DNA of 61,096 bases. Origin: a virus (Duplodnaviria > Caudoviricetes). The position numbers and the translations under genes are program-made. Positions within the stretch are counted from its first letter, which is position 1; every line of letters begins with the position of its first letter. Under the pieces are notes generated by a model. It saw only the letters and a list, made by a program, of their open reading frames with translations. It was not told the origin of the DNA and searched no databases. Below are positions 36,764-47,200 of the stretch, piece after piece. The stretch spans positions 1 through 61,096 of the IMG/VR virus record IMGVR_UViG_3300044633_000159. The stretch is one strand, 5' to 3'.

Positions 36764-36964
36764 ATGGTAACTAAACATCCAATGAATATCTACGACAAAG
36801 AAGCTGCTTTATCTGGAGTCGGTGCTAATGCTTTGTGGAACGGTCCATTTAATACGACTGGTTTTCCAAAAGGCAAAGGTAATAGCAACGGTAAAAACGG
36901 CATTGTTTTTAATAACGATAAACCAACATATATGTCTGGTCCTATAACTCAAAGAGCAAAATAG
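36764..36964 (+). CDS. hypothetical protein
   Basis: ORF in late operon. Confidence 0.6.
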   Translation: MVTKHPMNIYDKEAALSGVGANALWNGPFNTTGFPKGKGNSNGKNGIVFNNDKPTYMSGPITQRAK

Positions 36965-36971
36965 TTTTGTT

Positions 36972-37496
36972 ATGAGAATGATAAAAAATAACACTGGTTC
37001 TCCTTTTCAACTTCAAAGAAGTATTGTTGCTCAAGGAGATGAAAATGGCGCTTATTCTCAAGGAGGATATAATCCAGACGCTGTTGCTTACAATGGAGAA
37101 GTAATGAATTCTGTGATAGAATCTACTGGAGCAACATTAGGCGCTGCTTTAACTGCTATGGGTTCTCAGGATCAAAGTGGTCGTATGCAAAAGAGAAAAG
37201 ATAGATTAGCAATAAAAAAACAAAAGTTAGAATCTAAGGCAAAAGCAGAAAGCGCTTCTGCTGGAAAAAAAGCTAGATTAGAAAATAGAGTAAAAAGAGT
37301 TGGTGGCAGATTAGATAAAGCTACTACTAATTTAGATACTTATAACGAATCTAAAAACCCAAAGTTGACTAGTACCATAGAAAATAAGTATAGTGCTAAA
37401 AAACCAGAGGTTGAAGAAGAAGGTAAACTTGAAGAAGAAACAACGTTATTTAACGAAAATTACTATTTAAAAAATAAATACGGTTACAGAGGATAA
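36972..37496 (+). CDS. hypothetical protein
   Basis: ORF in late operon. Confidence 0.65.
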   Translation: MRMIKNNTGSPFQLQRSIVAQGDENGAYSQGGYNPDAVAYNGEVMNSVIESTGATLGAALTAMGSQDQSGRMQKRKDRLAIKKQKLESKAKAESASAGKKARLENRVKRVGGRLDKATTNLDTYNESKNPKLTSTIENKYSAKKPEVEEEGKLEEETTLFNENYYLKNKYGYRG

Positions 37497-37511
37497 TAAA
37501 AAACAAACACT

Positions 37512-37826
37512 ATGCCAGACCATACTAAAAAAAAGAAACAAACCACAAAAGGTAAACCTCATCAAACTAGTTATATGCCTGGTTTACCACCTGAGATTGT
37601 TAAACAACAAGAAAAAGAAATGAAAGAAGCGTCTAGTGGACCTAGGTATAAACAAGATAGTAAAGGAAAATATTATTCAAACTCAACACCCTTAAAACAA
37701 CAAACAATGAAAACTCCAAGCAAAATGAAAAGCGCTAGCGCTAAAGCAAAACCAAGTTCTCCTATGATGCAGAAAAAAGACATGATGGGTAAGAAAATGA
37801 CTCCTGCTAAAATGAAAAAGTGTTAA
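37512..37826 (+). CDS. Lys/Met-rich low-complexity protein
   Basis: TPLKQ, TPSKMK, SPMMQK, TPAKMK repeats. Confidence 0.6.
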   Translation: MPDHTKKKKQTTKGKPHQTSYMPGLPPEIVKQQEKEMKEASSGPRYKQDSKGKYYSNSTPLKQQTMKTPSKMKSASAKAKPSSPMMQKKDMMGKKMTPAKMKKC

Positions 37827-37866
37827 CAAATAAATAAAAACAACTAAAACAAAAAAACAAAAAACA

Positions 37867-38139
37867 ATGGCAAAGTACATTCAAATTCCAACTACATTAG
37901 CAGCTTCACCAAACATCTTGTTTAATACAGATGAAATTGCTTCTGTGCTTTACTTAACCGCTACAACTTTCGCAGTATATGCCGGTACAAAATCATTTAC
38001 GTTCACTACTAGTGCTGCTGGTGCCGCTGGAACTGTTAAAGCTGTATACGATGCTATTCTAGCTTTAAACGCACCTGTTATGGCAGATGTTATTATGCCT
38101 ACTGGCGTAACGATTGGAGCTCTACCTGTAGTTGCATAA
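37867..38139 (+). CDS. small Ala/Thr-rich putative structural protein
   Basis: A-rich leader, composition, own downstream terminator. Confidence 0.55.
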   Translation: MAKYIQIPTTLAASPNILFNTDEIASVLYLTATTFAVYAGTKSFTFTTSAAGAAGTVKAVYDAILALNAPVMADVIMPTGVTIGALPVVA

Positions 38140-38149
38140 TAATTAATTA

Positions 38150-38184
38150 TTATTCCCCTGTAGAGTGATTTATAGGGGAATTTA
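38150..38184 (+). terminator. Intrinsic terminator-like hairpin
   Basis: TTCCCCTGTAGA-loop-TTTATAGGGGAA-TTT. Confidence 0.6.
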
Positions 38185-38204
38185 ATAATACTAAAAACAA
38201 AAGT

Positions 38205-38549
38205 ATGGCATTTAAAATGACTGGTCCTCCTTACGATACAAACAATACTCCTATCTATAGTACAGATATGGACGATAATGTTTTAGGTATGGCTCAATCA
38301 AATGGATCTATACTAATAAACAAAAACGTATCTCCTTTAGAGATAAAGAAAAGTAAGACTATAGAACACGAGATGGTTCATATAGATCAAATGAAACGTG
38401 GCGATTTAGATTACACAGACAAAGACGTTATTTGGAAAGGTAAAAAATACTCTCGTTCAAAAATGAAGGAAGGAGCAAAGAATCTTCCTTGGGAAAAAGA
38501 AGCTTATATAAAACAAAACAAAAAGAAATTAAATGGAATCAACAAATAA
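38205..38549 (+). CDS. Small zincin-like metallopeptidase
   Basis: TIEHEMVH (HExxH) with downstream PWEKEAY. Confidence 0.65.
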   Translation: MAFKMTGPPYDTNNTPIYSTDMDDNVLGMAQSNGSILINKNVSPLEIKKSKTIEHEMVHIDQMKRGDLDYTDKDVIWKGKKYSRSKMKEGAKNLPWEKEAYIKQNKKKLNGINK

Positions 38550-38796
38550 GATTAAACAAGAACAACTAGAAACTATTAGAACTCAACAAAAAGAGTTAAA
38601 TACGTTATTAAACAATATAGGGGTTTTAGAATCTCAAAAACATAGTTTGTTACACAAGTTAGCAGACGTAAACAAAGCGATTGACGAGTTTAAGACAGAA
38701 TTATTCAATGAATATGGTAATGTGAATATTAACATTGAAGATGGTTCTTACACTGAAATGGAAGTTAAAGCAGAACCAGAAACCGTAGGTGAATAA
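38533..38796 (+). CDS. coiled-coil hypothetical protein
   Basis: L..EYG.VNIN..DG motif. Confidence 0.65.
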   Translation: MESTNKIKQEQLETIRTQQKELNTLLNNIGVLESQKHSLLHKLADVNKAIDEFKTELFNEYGNVNINIEDGSYTEMEVKAEPETVGE

Positions 38797-39023
38797 TGGA
38801 TTCTGTTATTAGAAAAATAAGCATAGGCACAGATTACAAGAATGAAGCTATGCATTATTCTATTGGTCAACAGGTTTATGGTGGACACGAGATAGTTCAC
38901 ATACTACTTGATCCTATAGATTGTTCCTACTATATTTATATAAAGAAAAATGATGAGGTAATGCCTTGGAAGAAGTTTAATTCTAATATGGCTATTTCAG
39001 TTGAATATGACTTAGAATACTAA
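38796..39023 (+). CDS. hypothetical protein
   Basis: Coupled ORF. Confidence 0.65.
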   Translation: MDSVIRKISIGTDYKNEAMHYSIGQQVYGGHEIVHILLDPIDCSYYIYIKKNDEVMPWKKFNSNMAISVEYDLEY

Positions 39024-39631
39024 TGAAGAGTGTTTTTAGTTTTATAGTAAAACCGGTAGGAGAAAGATACGACAACAAAGTAAAAGTTGGTGATAAAGAA
39101 CTTATCATAAATACTAAGATAGAAAGTTTTAAATCAGTTAATAATATAGCAGAGGTGGTTTCAGTTCCACTTGCTTATTCAACAGATATAAAAGAAGGTG
39201 ATCTAGTAGTAATACATCACAATGTATTTAGAAGGTTCTATGATATAAAAGGCAAACAAAAAGATAGTAGGTCATATTTTATGGACAATCTTTATTTTTG
39301 TGACATCGATCAAATTTATCTATATAAAAATGATGACAGGTGGAAGTCTTTTAATGACAGATGCTTTGTAAAACCACTAAAGAATGATGACTATTTAAGA
39401 ATAGATAAAGAGCAAAACCTTATTGGTATATTAAAGTATGGTAATAGTTCTTTAGAAGCGCTTAAAATAAGCGAGGGAGACCTTGTAGGTTATACCCCAG
39501 GCGGAGAGTTTGACTTTGTTATAGATGGTCAACGTCTTTATTGTATGAAATCTAATGATATTGTAATTAAATATGAATATAAAGGAAACGAAGCAGAATA
39601 TAATCCAAGCTGGACACAAAGCAGTACTTGA
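39023..39631 (+). CDS. Tandem GroES-like domain protein
   Basis: Two repeats: FIVKP..AEVVSVP..IKEGDLV and CFVKP..G..ISEGDLVG..IDGQRLYCMKSNDI. Confidence 0.55.
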   Translation: MKSVFSFIVKPVGERYDNKVKVGDKELIINTKIESFKSVNNIAEVVSVPLAYSTDIKEGDLVVIHHNVFRRFYDIKGKQKDSRSYFMDNLYFCDIDQIYLYKNDDRWKSFNDRCFVKPLKNDDYLRIDKEQNLIGILKYGNSSLEALKISEGDLVGYTPGGEFDFVIDGQRLYCMKSNDIVIKYEYKGNEAEYNPSWTQSST

Positions 39632-39848
39632 GTTAATCAAGGTTGCTGAAGAAGCGATTATAAATAACGGCGATGATGATCTATCAGCTGACAAACTTAA
39701 GAACGCAGCCGCTACTAAAAAACTAGCAATATTCGATGCTTTTGATATTCTTTCCAGAATACAAGAAGAAGAAAAACTACTTGTAGAAGACGAAAAAGAA
39801 AGTGGTACTAAAGTGTTTAAAGGATTCGCAGAAGGGAGATCAAGATAA
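39573..39848 (+). CDS. Terminase small subunit candidate
   Basis: Small helical protein directly upstream of and coupled to the large terminase. Confidence 0.45.
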   Translation: MNIKETKQNIIQAGHKAVLELIKVAEEAIINNGDDDLSADKLKNAAATKKLAIFDAFDILSRIQEEEKLLVEDEKESGTKVFKGFAEGRSR

Positions 39849-42070
39849 TGTACGAACAAACACTATATAAGATTCTTCCAGACCATGTAAAGTCTAGCGT
39901 TATTAAACAAAACAATAGACTTAAAAAATGGAGTTATGGATATAATAAAGACCATGATATGGTTGTTATTAGTAAGACTGGAAAGATTGGTGAGATCGTT
40001 GAAATCCAGAATTTAGTGATAGCATTACCATTACCTGAAGATGTATATTCTAGATCTAAGGTAAAAGAAGAACAATACTGGGAACAAATGGAATTCCCTA
40101 AAGAGTTAAGTAAGATAAAGAGTACTTTCGATTGGAATAAACAAACAGATAGTTTTAAAGATAGATGGTACGATTATATAGATAATGAGTTTAAATACAG
40201 AGAAGAAGGTTTATTCTTTGAAAACAATGGTAAACCAACTTATATAACTGGCACTCATTATATGTATCTACAATGGAGTAAAATAGACGTAGGTGCGCCT
40301 GATTTTAGAGAGTCAAACAGATTATTTTTTATATTCTGGGAAGCATGTAAAGCTGATACTAGATGTTATGGCATGTGCTACTTAAAGAATAGACGTTCTG
40401 GATTTTCATTTATGTCTTCTTCAGAACTAGTAAATCAAGCAACAATATCTAGTGATTCAAGGTTTGGTATATTATCAAAATCTGGAGCAGATGCTAAAAA
40501 GATGTTTACCGACAAGGTTGTACCAATATCTATTAACTACCCTTTCTTCTTTAAACCCATACAAGACGGTATGGATAGACCTAAAACAGAATTAGCATAT
40601 AGAATACCAGCGTCTAAACTTACTAGAAGAAAATTAGATTCTAATGAAAGACTAGAAGAACTAGACGGGTTAGATACTACTATAGACTGGAAGAATACTG
40701 GTGATAACAGTTATGATGGTGAAAAATTAAAACTGTTAGTTCATGATGAAAGTGGTAAATGGGAGAGACCAGATAACATATTAAACAACTGGCGAGTTAC
40801 TAAAACAACGCTAAGATTAGGTAGTAGAATTATAGGCAAGTGTATGATGGGTTCAACTTCTAATGCTTTAGATAAAGGTGGAGATAACTTTAAAACACTA
40901 TACTATAATTCAGATGTTTCAAAAAGAAATAGAAACGGACAAACTAGTTCTGGTTTATATAGTCTGTTTATTCCTATGGAATGGTCTTATGAAGGTTTCA
41001 TAGATTTATATGGTGTACCAGTATTTGACACACCATCAAGTCCAGTTAAAGGAGTTGACGGAAACCATATAGAATATGGAGTTATAGAACATTGGCAAAA
41101 CGAAGTAGATGGTTTAAAACAGGATCAAGACAGTTTAAACGAATACTACAGGCAGTTCCCAAGAACAGAGCAACACGCTTTTAGAGATGAAGCAAAACAA
41201 TCTTTATTTAATCTTACTAAAATATACGAGCAGATAGATTATAATGATGATCTAAGAAACACTAGTATATTAACGAAAGGTAGTTTTCAATGGGAGAACG
41301 GTATAGTAGACAGCAAAGTTATATTCTATCCAAATAAAGACGGTAGGTTTTTAATATCTTGGATTCCACCAATACACATGCAGAATCATGTAGTTACAAA
41401 GAATGGTATTAAATACCCGGGTAACGAACATTGCGGAGCTTTTGGGTGTGACCCTTACGATATATCCGGTACAGTAGACGGTAAAGGTTCTAATGGAGCT
41501 TTAAGCGGTTTAACTAAATTCTCAATGGAAGATGTACCACCTAATAGTTTTTTCTTAGAATATATAGCTAGACCTCAGACTGCTGAGATATTCTTTGAAG
41601 AAGTTTTAATGGCATGTGTGTTTTATGGTATGCCTATACTAGCTGAGAATAATAAACCTAGATTATTGTTTCACTTTAAAAGAAGAGGTTATAGAGGTTA
41701 CTCTATGAATAGACCTGATAAAGTATGGAATAATTTATCTATAACAGAAAGAGACATCGGAGGAATACCAAACTCAAGTGAAGACGTTAAGCAAGCTCAT
41801 GCCGCAGCAATAGAATCATATATCGAAGAACATGTTGGATTTAAAGAAGGTAGTTACGGAGATATGTATTTTAATAGAACATTGAACGACTGGTCTAGAT
41901 TTAATATAAATAACAGGACAAAGCATGATGCATCTATTAGTTCTGGTTTAGCTATAATGGCTTGTAATAGAAATAGATACACGCCAACTCCACCGAAGAG
42001 GATTATTACTTATGATTTAGGTATTAAAAAGTATGATAACACAGGTTATTCATCAAAAATATACAATTAA
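39848..42070 (+). CDS. terL: Terminase large subunit
   Basis: LKNRRSGFS Walker A variant, VHDESGKW Walker B, GST, GCDPYD nuclease motif. Confidence 0.88.
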   Translation: MYEQTLYKILPDHVKSSVIKQNNRLKKWSYGYNKDHDMVVISKTGKIGEIVEIQNLVIALPLPEDVYSRSKVKEEQYWEQMEFPKELSKIKSTFDWNKQTDSFKDRWYDYIDNEFKYREEGLFFENNGKPTYITGTHYMYLQWSKIDVGAPDFRESNRLFFIFWEACKADTRCYGMCYLKNRRSGFSFMSSSELVNQATISSDSRFGILSKSGADAKKMFTDKVVPISINYPFFFKPIQDGMDRPKTELAYRIPASKLTRRKLDSNERLEELDGLDTTIDWKNTGDNSYDGEKLKLLVHDESGKWERPDNILNNWRVTKTTLRLGSRIIGKCMMGSTSNALDKGGDNFKTLYYNSDVSKRNRNGQTSSGLYSLFIPMEWSYEGFIDLYGVPVFDTPSSPVKGVDGNHIEYGVIEHWQNEVDGLKQDQDSLNEYYRQFPRTEQHAFRDEAKQSLFNLTKIYEQIDYNDDLRNTSILTKGSFQWENGIVDSKVIFYPNKDGRFLISWIPPIHMQNHVVTKNGIKYPGNEHCGAFGCDPYDISGTVDGKGSNGALSGLTKFSMEDVPPNSFFLEYIARPQTAEIFFEEVLMACVFYGMPILAENNKPRLLFHFKRRGYRGYSMNRPDKVWNNLSITERDIGGIPNSSEDVKQAHAAAIESYIEEHVGFKEGSYGDMYFNRTLNDWSRFNINNRTKHDASISSGLAIMACNRNRYTPTPPKRIITYDLGIKKYDNTGYSSKIYN

Positions 42071-44457
42071 TGAATATATACACAAATACAAACAGTGCTT
42101 TTCCTAGTCAAGTAGTAAGTGATGCTGAGAAAGCTTCTGAAGAATATGGATTACAAGTTTCTAGAGCTATAGAGCAAGAGTGGTTTGATCAAGGTAGAAC
42201 TACTCAGAATAGATATGTTTCTAATTGGAACAACTTTCATCAATTAAGATTATACGCTAGAGGAGAACAATCTGTACAGAAATATAAAGACGAATTAGCT
42301 ATTAACGGTGATTTATCTTATTTAAACCTAGACTGGAAACCTGTTCCAGTTATATCTAAGTTTGTTGATATAGTAGTAAATGGCATGTCTCAAAAGACTT
42401 ACGATATTAAAGCTTACGCTCAGGATCCAGAGTCTTTAAAATCAAGAACTGTTTATGCTAAGTCTATATTAATGGATATGTATTCCACTGATTTGATAAA
42501 CAAAGCAAAAGAATTAATAGGTCAAGACTTTTCTGCTTCTCCTTTGTCTCAAGATGAGTTACCTCAGAATAAAGAAGAGTTGGATTTACACATGCAGTTG
42601 TCTTATAAGCAATCAATAGAGATTGCAGAGGAGGAAGCGATCAATAATGTATTAGCTGCGAATAAGTGGGATTTAGTTAGAAGAAGATTAAATTACGACT
42701 TAACTGTTCTGGGTATAGCATGTGTTAAAACTAGTTTTAATGTATCAGAAGGCATTAGAACAGAGTACGTTGATCCAGCTTACTTAGTTTATTCTTATAC
42801 TGAAGATCCAAACTTTGAAGATATATATTACGTAGGAGAAGCTAAAGCAGTAACTATACCTGAATTAAAAAAGCAGTTTCCTCATATTACAGAAGAAGAG
42901 TTGTATAAAATACAACAGATGCCTGGTAACAGACAGTATATAACTGGTTGGGGTAATTACGACGAGAATACCGTGCAAGTATTATATTTTGAATATAAGA
43001 CTTATATGAATCAAGTGTTTAAGATAAAGTATGGTGAAAACGGTTTAGAAAAAGCAATAGAGAAGACAGACGAATTTAATCCACCTGAAAACGACAACTT
43101 TAGTAGAGTATCTAGAACTATAGAGGTATTATATACAGGCGCTAAAATACTAGGCACAAACACGATGTTAGAATGGAAACTGTCTGAGAACATGACTAGA
43201 CCATTTGCTGATACAACAAAAGTAGAGATGAACTATGTTATCTCTGCTCCTAGAATGTACAAAGGTAGGATAGATTCTATAGTAAATAAGATTACTGGGT
43301 TTGCTGACATGATACAGTTAACTCACTTAAAACTACAACAAGTCATGTCTAGACTTATACCTGATGGTGTATTCTTAGATGTAGACGGTTTAATAGATGT
43401 TGATTTAGGTAATGGTACAAACTATAACCCAGCAGAAGCATTAAACATGTACTTTCAGACTGGTAGTGTTATAGGTAGATCTTTAACACAAGAAGGCGGA
43501 ATGAACGCTGGTAAGGTACCAATACAAGAACTAACTAGTTCCTCTGGTCAAGCAAAAATAGCAGGTCTTATACAAACGTATCAATACTATCTTCAATTAA
43601 TAAGAGATGTAACTGGTCTTAACGAAGCAAGAGATGGTAGTATCGCAGATAAAGATACACTAGTAGGACTTCAAAAGATGGCTGCTAACGCATCAAATAC
43701 TGCTACTAAGCACATATTACATTCTAGTCTGTTTCTTACTCTTAGAACGTGCGAGAATATCTCGTTAAGAATAGCGGACGCGTTGGAATATCCTTTAACT
43801 TCTAAAGTGCTAGAACAAAGTATAAGTACATATAATGCTAAGACATTAGAAGAGATAAAAAATCTAAATCTTCACGATTTTGGTATCTTTTTAGAACTAG
43901 AACCTGATGATGAGGAAAAAGCGATGTTAGAGCAAAATATACAAGTAGCTTTACAAGGTGGAACTATAGACTTAGACGATGCTATAGATATTAGACAAAT
44001 CAAAAATCTTAAGTTAGCAAATCAATTACTTAAGTTAAGAAAAGCTAAGAAGCAAAAAGCAGCGCAAGAAGCTCAAATGCAAAACATTCAAGCTCAAGCA
44101 CAAGCAAATCAACAAACAGCACAACAGACTGCTTTGTTTGAAGTTCAGAAGCAACAAGCTTTAACACAAGAAACTATAAACATCGAAAGAGCAAAAGCTG
44201 ATTTTGAAATGCAGAAGCTACAAACAGAAACACAGTTGAAGAGACAAATAATGGATCAACAGTTTCAGTACGATATGCAGTTAGCTCAATTAAAAGCTCA
44301 GGTTGAAGATCAGAAACTTCAAACAGCAGAAGACAGAAAAGATGAAAGAACTAGAATACAAGCATCTCAACAGTCTGAATTAGTAATGCAAAGAAAAACA
44401 AACTCTTTACCTCAAAACTTTGAATCATCTAGTTTTACAGGTTTAGAAGGATTATAA
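42070..44457 (+). CDS. Portal protein
   Basis: Follows terminase; 795 aa; IRDVTGLNEARDG motif; Q-rich C-terminal barrel. Confidence 0.8.
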   Translation: MNIYTNTNSAFPSQVVSDAEKASEEYGLQVSRAIEQEWFDQGRTTQNRYVSNWNNFHQLRLYARGEQSVQKYKDELAINGDLSYLNLDWKPVPVISKFVDIVVNGMSQKTYDIKAYAQDPESLKSRTVYAKSILMDMYSTDLINKAKELIGQDFSASPLSQDELPQNKEELDLHMQLSYKQSIEIAEEEAINNVLAANKWDLVRRRLNYDLTVLGIACVKTSFNVSEGIRTEYVDPAYLVYSYTEDPNFEDIYYVGEAKAVTIPELKKQFPHITEEELYKIQQMPGNRQYITGWGNYDENTVQVLYFEYKTYMNQVFKIKYGENGLEKAIEKTDEFNPPENDNFSRVSRTIEVLYTGAKILGTNTMLEWKLSENMTRPFADTTKVEMNYVISAPRMYKGRIDSIVNKITGFADMIQLTHLKLQQVMSRLIPDGVFLDVDGLIDVDLGNGTNYNPAEALNMYFQTGSVIGRSLTQEGGMNAGKVPIQELTSSSGQAKIAGLIQTYQYYLQLIRDVTGLNEARDGSIADKDTLVGLQKMAANASNTATKHILHSSLFLTLRTCENISLRIADALEYPLTSKVLEQSISTYNAKTLEEIKNLNLHDFGIFLELEPDDEEKAMLEQNIQVALQGGTIDLDDAIDIRQIKNLKLANQLLKLRKAKKQKAAQEAQMQNIQAQAQANQQTAQQTALFEVQKQQALTQETINIERAKADFEMQKLQTETQLKRQIMDQQFQYDMQLAQLKAQVEDQKLQTAEDRKDERTRIQASQQSELVMQRKTNSLPQNFESSSFTGLEGL

Positions 44458-44481
44458 CAAATTATTAAATTATATTATATT

Positions 44482-45657
44482 ATGGAAGAAATTAAACAAG
44501 AAGGAGATTTTAAAGTGTCTAAACCAACAAGACCAAAAAATCTAAACAAAAAAAATGAAGTAATTAAAGTAGATTTATCAACAGAACCTGTTGAAACCGA
44601 AGTAATTAAAGTAGTAATACCTAACACAGAACAATCAAAAGATGCCATTCAAGAACAAAGCACAGATGAAAGCCTGTTACGCGCAGAACAGTCCAAAGTG
44701 GAACTGCAAGAAGTGGAGCAAGGAGACAAAGACACCTCTAAGGTTGTTATTGAAGAAATCACAGACGAAAAAGTAGATGACGTAATCATTAAAGATTCTG
44801 GAGAACAATATAAAGAAAAAGTTGTAGAAAGAAACTTGCCTGAGAACTTAGAAAAACTTGTTAAGTTCATGGAAGAAACAGGTGGTTCAGTAGAAGACTA
44901 TGTTAGATTAAATACAGACTATTCTAATGTAGATGAAAAGACATTATTAAAAGAATACTACTCAAGAACAAGACCTCACTTAGACGCGGAAGAAATTGAA
45001 TTCTTAATTGAAGACAGTTTTGAATATGATGAAGATATAGACGAGGAAAGAGATATTAGAAAAAAGAAATTAGATTACAAAGAAACTATTGCGAAAGCTA
45101 AAAACCACCTGCAGTCAGTAAAGGATCAATACTACGATGAGATCAAGTTGAAATCAAACGTAACCAAAGAACAGCAAGAGGCGTATGACTTTTTCAATAG
45201 ATACAAGAAGAACGAGAACGAGAGTAAAGAAAGACACGAGCGTTTTAAACAAGAGACTAAAAAACTGTTTACCGAAGATTTCAAAGGTTTTGAATATAAC
45301 TTAGGTGACAAAAGATTTAGATACACTGTACAAAACGGGGAACAAATCGCTGATAGTCAATCAGATATTAACAATTTTATCGGAAAGTTTCTAGATAAGC
45401 AAGGAAATGTTAATGATTCTAAAAATTATCACAAAGCTCTTTACACGGCTATGAACTCTGACAAAATAGCACAACATTTTTACGAACAAGGTAAAGCAGA
45501 CGCTATCAAAGAGGTAATGACTAATTCTAAAAACCCTGGTTTAGCACCACCTAGACAAACGTCTGGAGAAGTGTTTATCAATGGTTTAAGAGTTAAGTCT
45601 GTTAGTGGTTTAGATTCTTCAAAATTAAGAATACAAACAAAAAAATTTAACAATTAA
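44482..45657 (+). CDS. Scaffolding-like protein
   Basis: Acidic helical protein between portal and capsid genes. Confidence 0.55.
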   Translation: MEEIKQEGDFKVSKPTRPKNLNKKNEVIKVDLSTEPVETEVIKVVIPNTEQSKDAIQEQSTDESLLRAEQSKVELQEVEQGDKDTSKVVIEEITDEKVDDVIIKDSGEQYKEKVVERNLPENLEKLVKFMEETGGSVEDYVRLNTDYSNVDEKTLLKEYYSRTRPHLDAEEIEFLIEDSFEYDEDIDEERDIRKKKLDYKETIAKAKNHLQSVKDQYYDEIKLKSNVTKEQQEAYDFFNRYKKNENESKERHERFKQETKKLFTEDFKGFEYNLGDKRFRYTVQNGEQIADSQSDINNFIGKFLDKQGNVNDSKNYHKALYTAMNSDKIAQHFYEQGKADAIKEVMTNSKNPGLAPPRQTSGEVFINGLRVKSVSGLDSSKLRIQTKKFNN

Positions 45658-45668
45658 AATTAAAGATT

Positions 45669-47123
45669 ATGTCAAACATATCTCCGCAATTCGGTTCAAT
45701 TAAACCGAGTCAAAAACAACAAGCGCTAGAAACAAATTACTTAAACTTCGCAAATGGAAGTGGTAATGACTTCGCGCAACAATATTTACCAGAAATCTAC
45801 GAAGCAGAAGTAGAGCGTTACGGAAACAGAACTTTATCTGGATTCTTACGTATGGTAGGTGCTGAAATGCCTATGTCTTCTGATCAAGTTATTTGGTCTG
45901 AACAAAATAGATTACACATTGCTTACAACGATGTAACAGCAGCTACTGCAACTACATTGACGTTTACAACTGGTAGTACTGGATCAAACTTCGTAGCTAA
46001 CGTTATTTCTCCGGGACAAACTTTGGTAGTTATGGATCCAACAAGCGGTAAAGAATTAAAAGTATTAGTTACAGCTTCTTCAACAACAAGTAATACAGCT
46101 ACTATCACAGTTGCTACTTATACTCAAGCTAGTTTGTTCTCTGGAACAGTAGTATGGAGTGCTGCGAACACAAACCTTAAAATCTTTGTATACGGTTCTG
46201 AATTTAAGAAAGGTACTACAGACGCTTCAATCAACGCTGTAACTCCTTCTTTCCGACAGTTTAACAACTCTCCTATCATCATCAAAGAAAGATACCAAAT
46301 TTCTGGTTCTGATACTGCTCAAATCGGGTGGGTTGAAATCGCTACTGAAGACGGAGCCGGTGGATTTTTGTGGTACTTAAAAGCAGAGTCTGAAACAAGA
46401 TTGCGTTTTGAAGATTACTTGGAAATGTCAGTTATTGAAGGTGAATTAGCCGCTGCTAGTTCTGGTGTTGCTAACATTGCTGCTACAGGTGATGGTGCTG
46501 TATACAAAGGAACACAAGGTCTTTTTGCTGCTATCAAAGAAAGAGGTAATATTGTAAATAACTTTACAGCTGTTGGTGGTTTAAGTGATTTCGATTCTAT
46601 CTTGAAAAACTTAGATACTCAAGGAGCTATTGAAGAAAACATGTTCTTCTTGAACAGAGCTACATCACTTGACTTTGATGATATGCTTGCTTCTCTATCT
46701 TCTGGAGCCAATGGTGGTGTTGCTTACGGTTTATTTGAAAACTCTGAGCAAATGGCATTGAATTTAGGTTTCTCTGGTTTCCGTCGTGGATCTTATGATT
46801 TCTACAAAACAGACTGGAAATACTTAAACGATGCTTCTACACGTGGTGGAATTGCTAACACTTCTATTGATGGTGTACTTATTCCTGCTGGAACATCTAC
46901 TGTATACGATCAACAATTAGGTACTAATATCCGTAGACCTTTCTTACATGTTCGTTACCGTGCTAGCCAAGCAGACGACAGACGTATGAAGTCTTGGATC
47001 ACTGGATCTGTTGGAGGTGCTTATACTTCTGATCTTGACGCAATGCAAGTACACTTCTTGTCAGAAAGATGTTTAGTTACACAAGCTGCTAACAATTTCG
47101 TATTGTTCACTGCGTCAGTGTAA
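45669..47123 (+). CDS. Major capsid protein
   Basis: Position, size, codon usage biased as in highly expressed genes, GTQGLF motif, strong downstream terminator. Confidence 0.8.
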   Translation: MSNISPQFGSIKPSQKQQALETNYLNFANGSGNDFAQQYLPEIYEAEVERYGNRTLSGFLRMVGAEMPMSSDQVIWSEQNRLHIAYNDVTAATATTLTFTTGSTGSNFVANVISPGQTLVVMDPTSGKELKVLVTASSTTSNTATITVATYTQASLFSGTVVWSAANTNLKIFVYGSEFKKGTTDASINAVTPSFRQFNNSPIIIKERYQISGSDTAQIGWVEIATEDGAGGFLWYLKAESETRLRFEDYLEMSVIEGELAAASSGVANIAATGDGAVYKGTQGLFAAIKERGNIVNNFTAVGGLSDFDSILKNLDTQGAIEENMFFLNRATSLDFDDMLASLSSGANGGVAYGLFENSEQMALNLGFSGFRRGSYDFYKTDWKYLNDASTRGGIANTSIDGVLIPAGTSTVYDQQLGTNIRRPFLHVRYRASQADDRRMKSWITGSVGGAYTSDLDAMQVHFLSERCLVTQAANNFVLFTASV

Positions 47124-47129
47124 AAATAT

Positions 47130-47174
47130 GGTGATATTACCCCTGCTTCATTGTGGGGGTAATTATTACCTTTT
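47130..47174 (+). terminator. Intrinsic terminator after capsid gene
   Basis: GGTGATATTACCCCTGC-loop-GTGGGGGTAATTATTACC-TTTT. Confidence 0.75.
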
Positions 47175-47200
47175 AAAAAATTATTAAATTATATTATATT

